Shown here piece by piece: positions 5,509 to 5,721 of a stretch of 5,721 nucleotides of DNA (the first letter of the stretch is position 1; each line of letters opens with the position of its first letter). The translations under genes and the position numbers were made by a program. The stretch lies in IMG/VR virus record IMGVR_UViG_3300045988_001523. One strand, 5' to 3'. Under the pieces are notes generated by a model. That model saw only the letters and a program-made list of their open reading frames with translations. It did not search any database and had not been told where the DNA came from. The DNA comes from a virus.

Positions 5509-5564
5509 AAGTGTGTGGTTGGTACACTCATAATATACACCTTCTTTCTACACTTTTCAAGTGT
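5509..5564 (-). promoter_or_regulatory. Array of GTGT-core repeats across the promoter (candidate operator)
   Basis: The minus strand has (A/G)GTGTA at 5554..5549, 5541..5536 and 5528..5523, an exact 13-nt period (plus strand TACAC at 5549, 5536, 5523). Inverted copies ACACTT sit at 5564..5559 and 5514..5509. The first pair forms the palindrome ACACTT-GAA-AAGTGT, centred on the -35 hexamer. Confidence 0.5.
5532..5560 (-). promoter_or_regulatory. Sigma70-type promoter for the RHH-VP4 (early) block
   Basis: The minus strand reads TTGAAA (5560..5555), a 17-nt spacer, then TATATT (5537..5532). It lies in the 73-nt gap between the VP2 stop and the RHH ATG. Confidence 0.65.
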
Positions 5565-5721
5565 TATTTTTTGCCTTTCTTTGTGCTGAAATCTCCGTGG
5601 ACTTTTCCACTGACGTTCGTGTTTTTGCCTGTTTCGGTGCTGCTGCTTCTTTCGGTTCCGGTTCCGGTGCTGCTCCCGCGGTCTGTCCGTGCTATATCTT
5701 CTACGGTTCTTGCACTGCTTG
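5564..5721 (-). CDS. VP2: VP2 C-terminal end (same gene as 1..851; 5667..5721 duplicates 1..55)
   Basis: The VP2 frame continues through the repeat as ...RGSSTGTGTERSSSTETGKNTNVSGKVHGDFSTKKGKK, with stop TAA at 5566..5564. On the 5,666-nt circle this gives a single 317-codon gene. Confidence 0.8.
   Translation of the reverse strand, partial: SSARTVEDIARTDRGSSTGTGTERSSSTETGKNTNVSGKVHGDFSTKKGKK
5667..5721. repeat. Terminal direct repeat, copy B (circular-genome assembly overlap)
   Basis: Exact 55-nt duplicate of 1..55. This implies a circular unit of 5,666 nt. Confidence 0.95.

Noticed and set aside
5529-5539. A dif-like core, TGTATATTATG, on the minus strand inside the RHH promoter. It matches the central region plus the first 5 nt of the XerD arm of E. 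coli dif. It is of interest because some gokushoviruses integrate at dif via XerCD.
   Set aside because: The flanking arms do not match: about 1 of 11 positions for the XerC arm, and only the first 5 of 11 for the XerD arm. The matching part is just AT-rich -10 promoter sequence. This is insufficient to call a recombination site.
5550-5570. The hairpin ACACTT-GAA-AAGTGT right after the VP2 stop, as a possible terminator. On the plus strand it is followed by TATTTTTT.
   Set aside because: On the coding (minus) strand no U-run follows it. On the plus strand there is nothing credible to terminate, and the 6-bp AT-rich stem is weak. I interpret it as part of the operator-like repeat array over the -35.

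Overview
The window is one complete, circularly permuted genome of a Gokushovirinae-like Microviridae phage (small ssDNA phage). The first 55 nt are repeated exactly at the end, so the unit length is 5,666 nt. The sequence is shown as the complement of the coding strand, and every gene I can support is on the minus strand. In transcription order (high to low coordinates) the genes are: a 64-aa ribbon-helix-helix (RHH)-like protein; the VP4 rolling-circle replication initiator; an intrinsic terminator overlapping a promoter-like element; a Peptidase_M15-type cell-wall hydrolase; a 28-aa micro-ORF; a 39-aa very basic J/ORF8-like protein; an 83-aa VP5-like protein; the VP3 internal scaffold; the VP1 major capsid protein; and the VP2 pilot/minor capsid protein. 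VP2 is absent from the ORF track because it runs off the left edge and finishes at the right edge, across the circular junction. All plus-strand ORFs in the track look like antisense shadows. Four things deserve a second look: (1) the RHH gene with a near-consensus promoter threaded by periodic GTGT-core repeats, directly upstream of the Rep gene; (2) a perfect 16-bp inverted repeat between the RHH gene and VP4; (3) a peptidoglycan peptidase with no signal peptide and no recognisable holin; (4) a structured non-coding region with a terminator/promoter overlap that splits the genome into two putative operons. All functional calls rest on motif recognition by eye. No database search was run.
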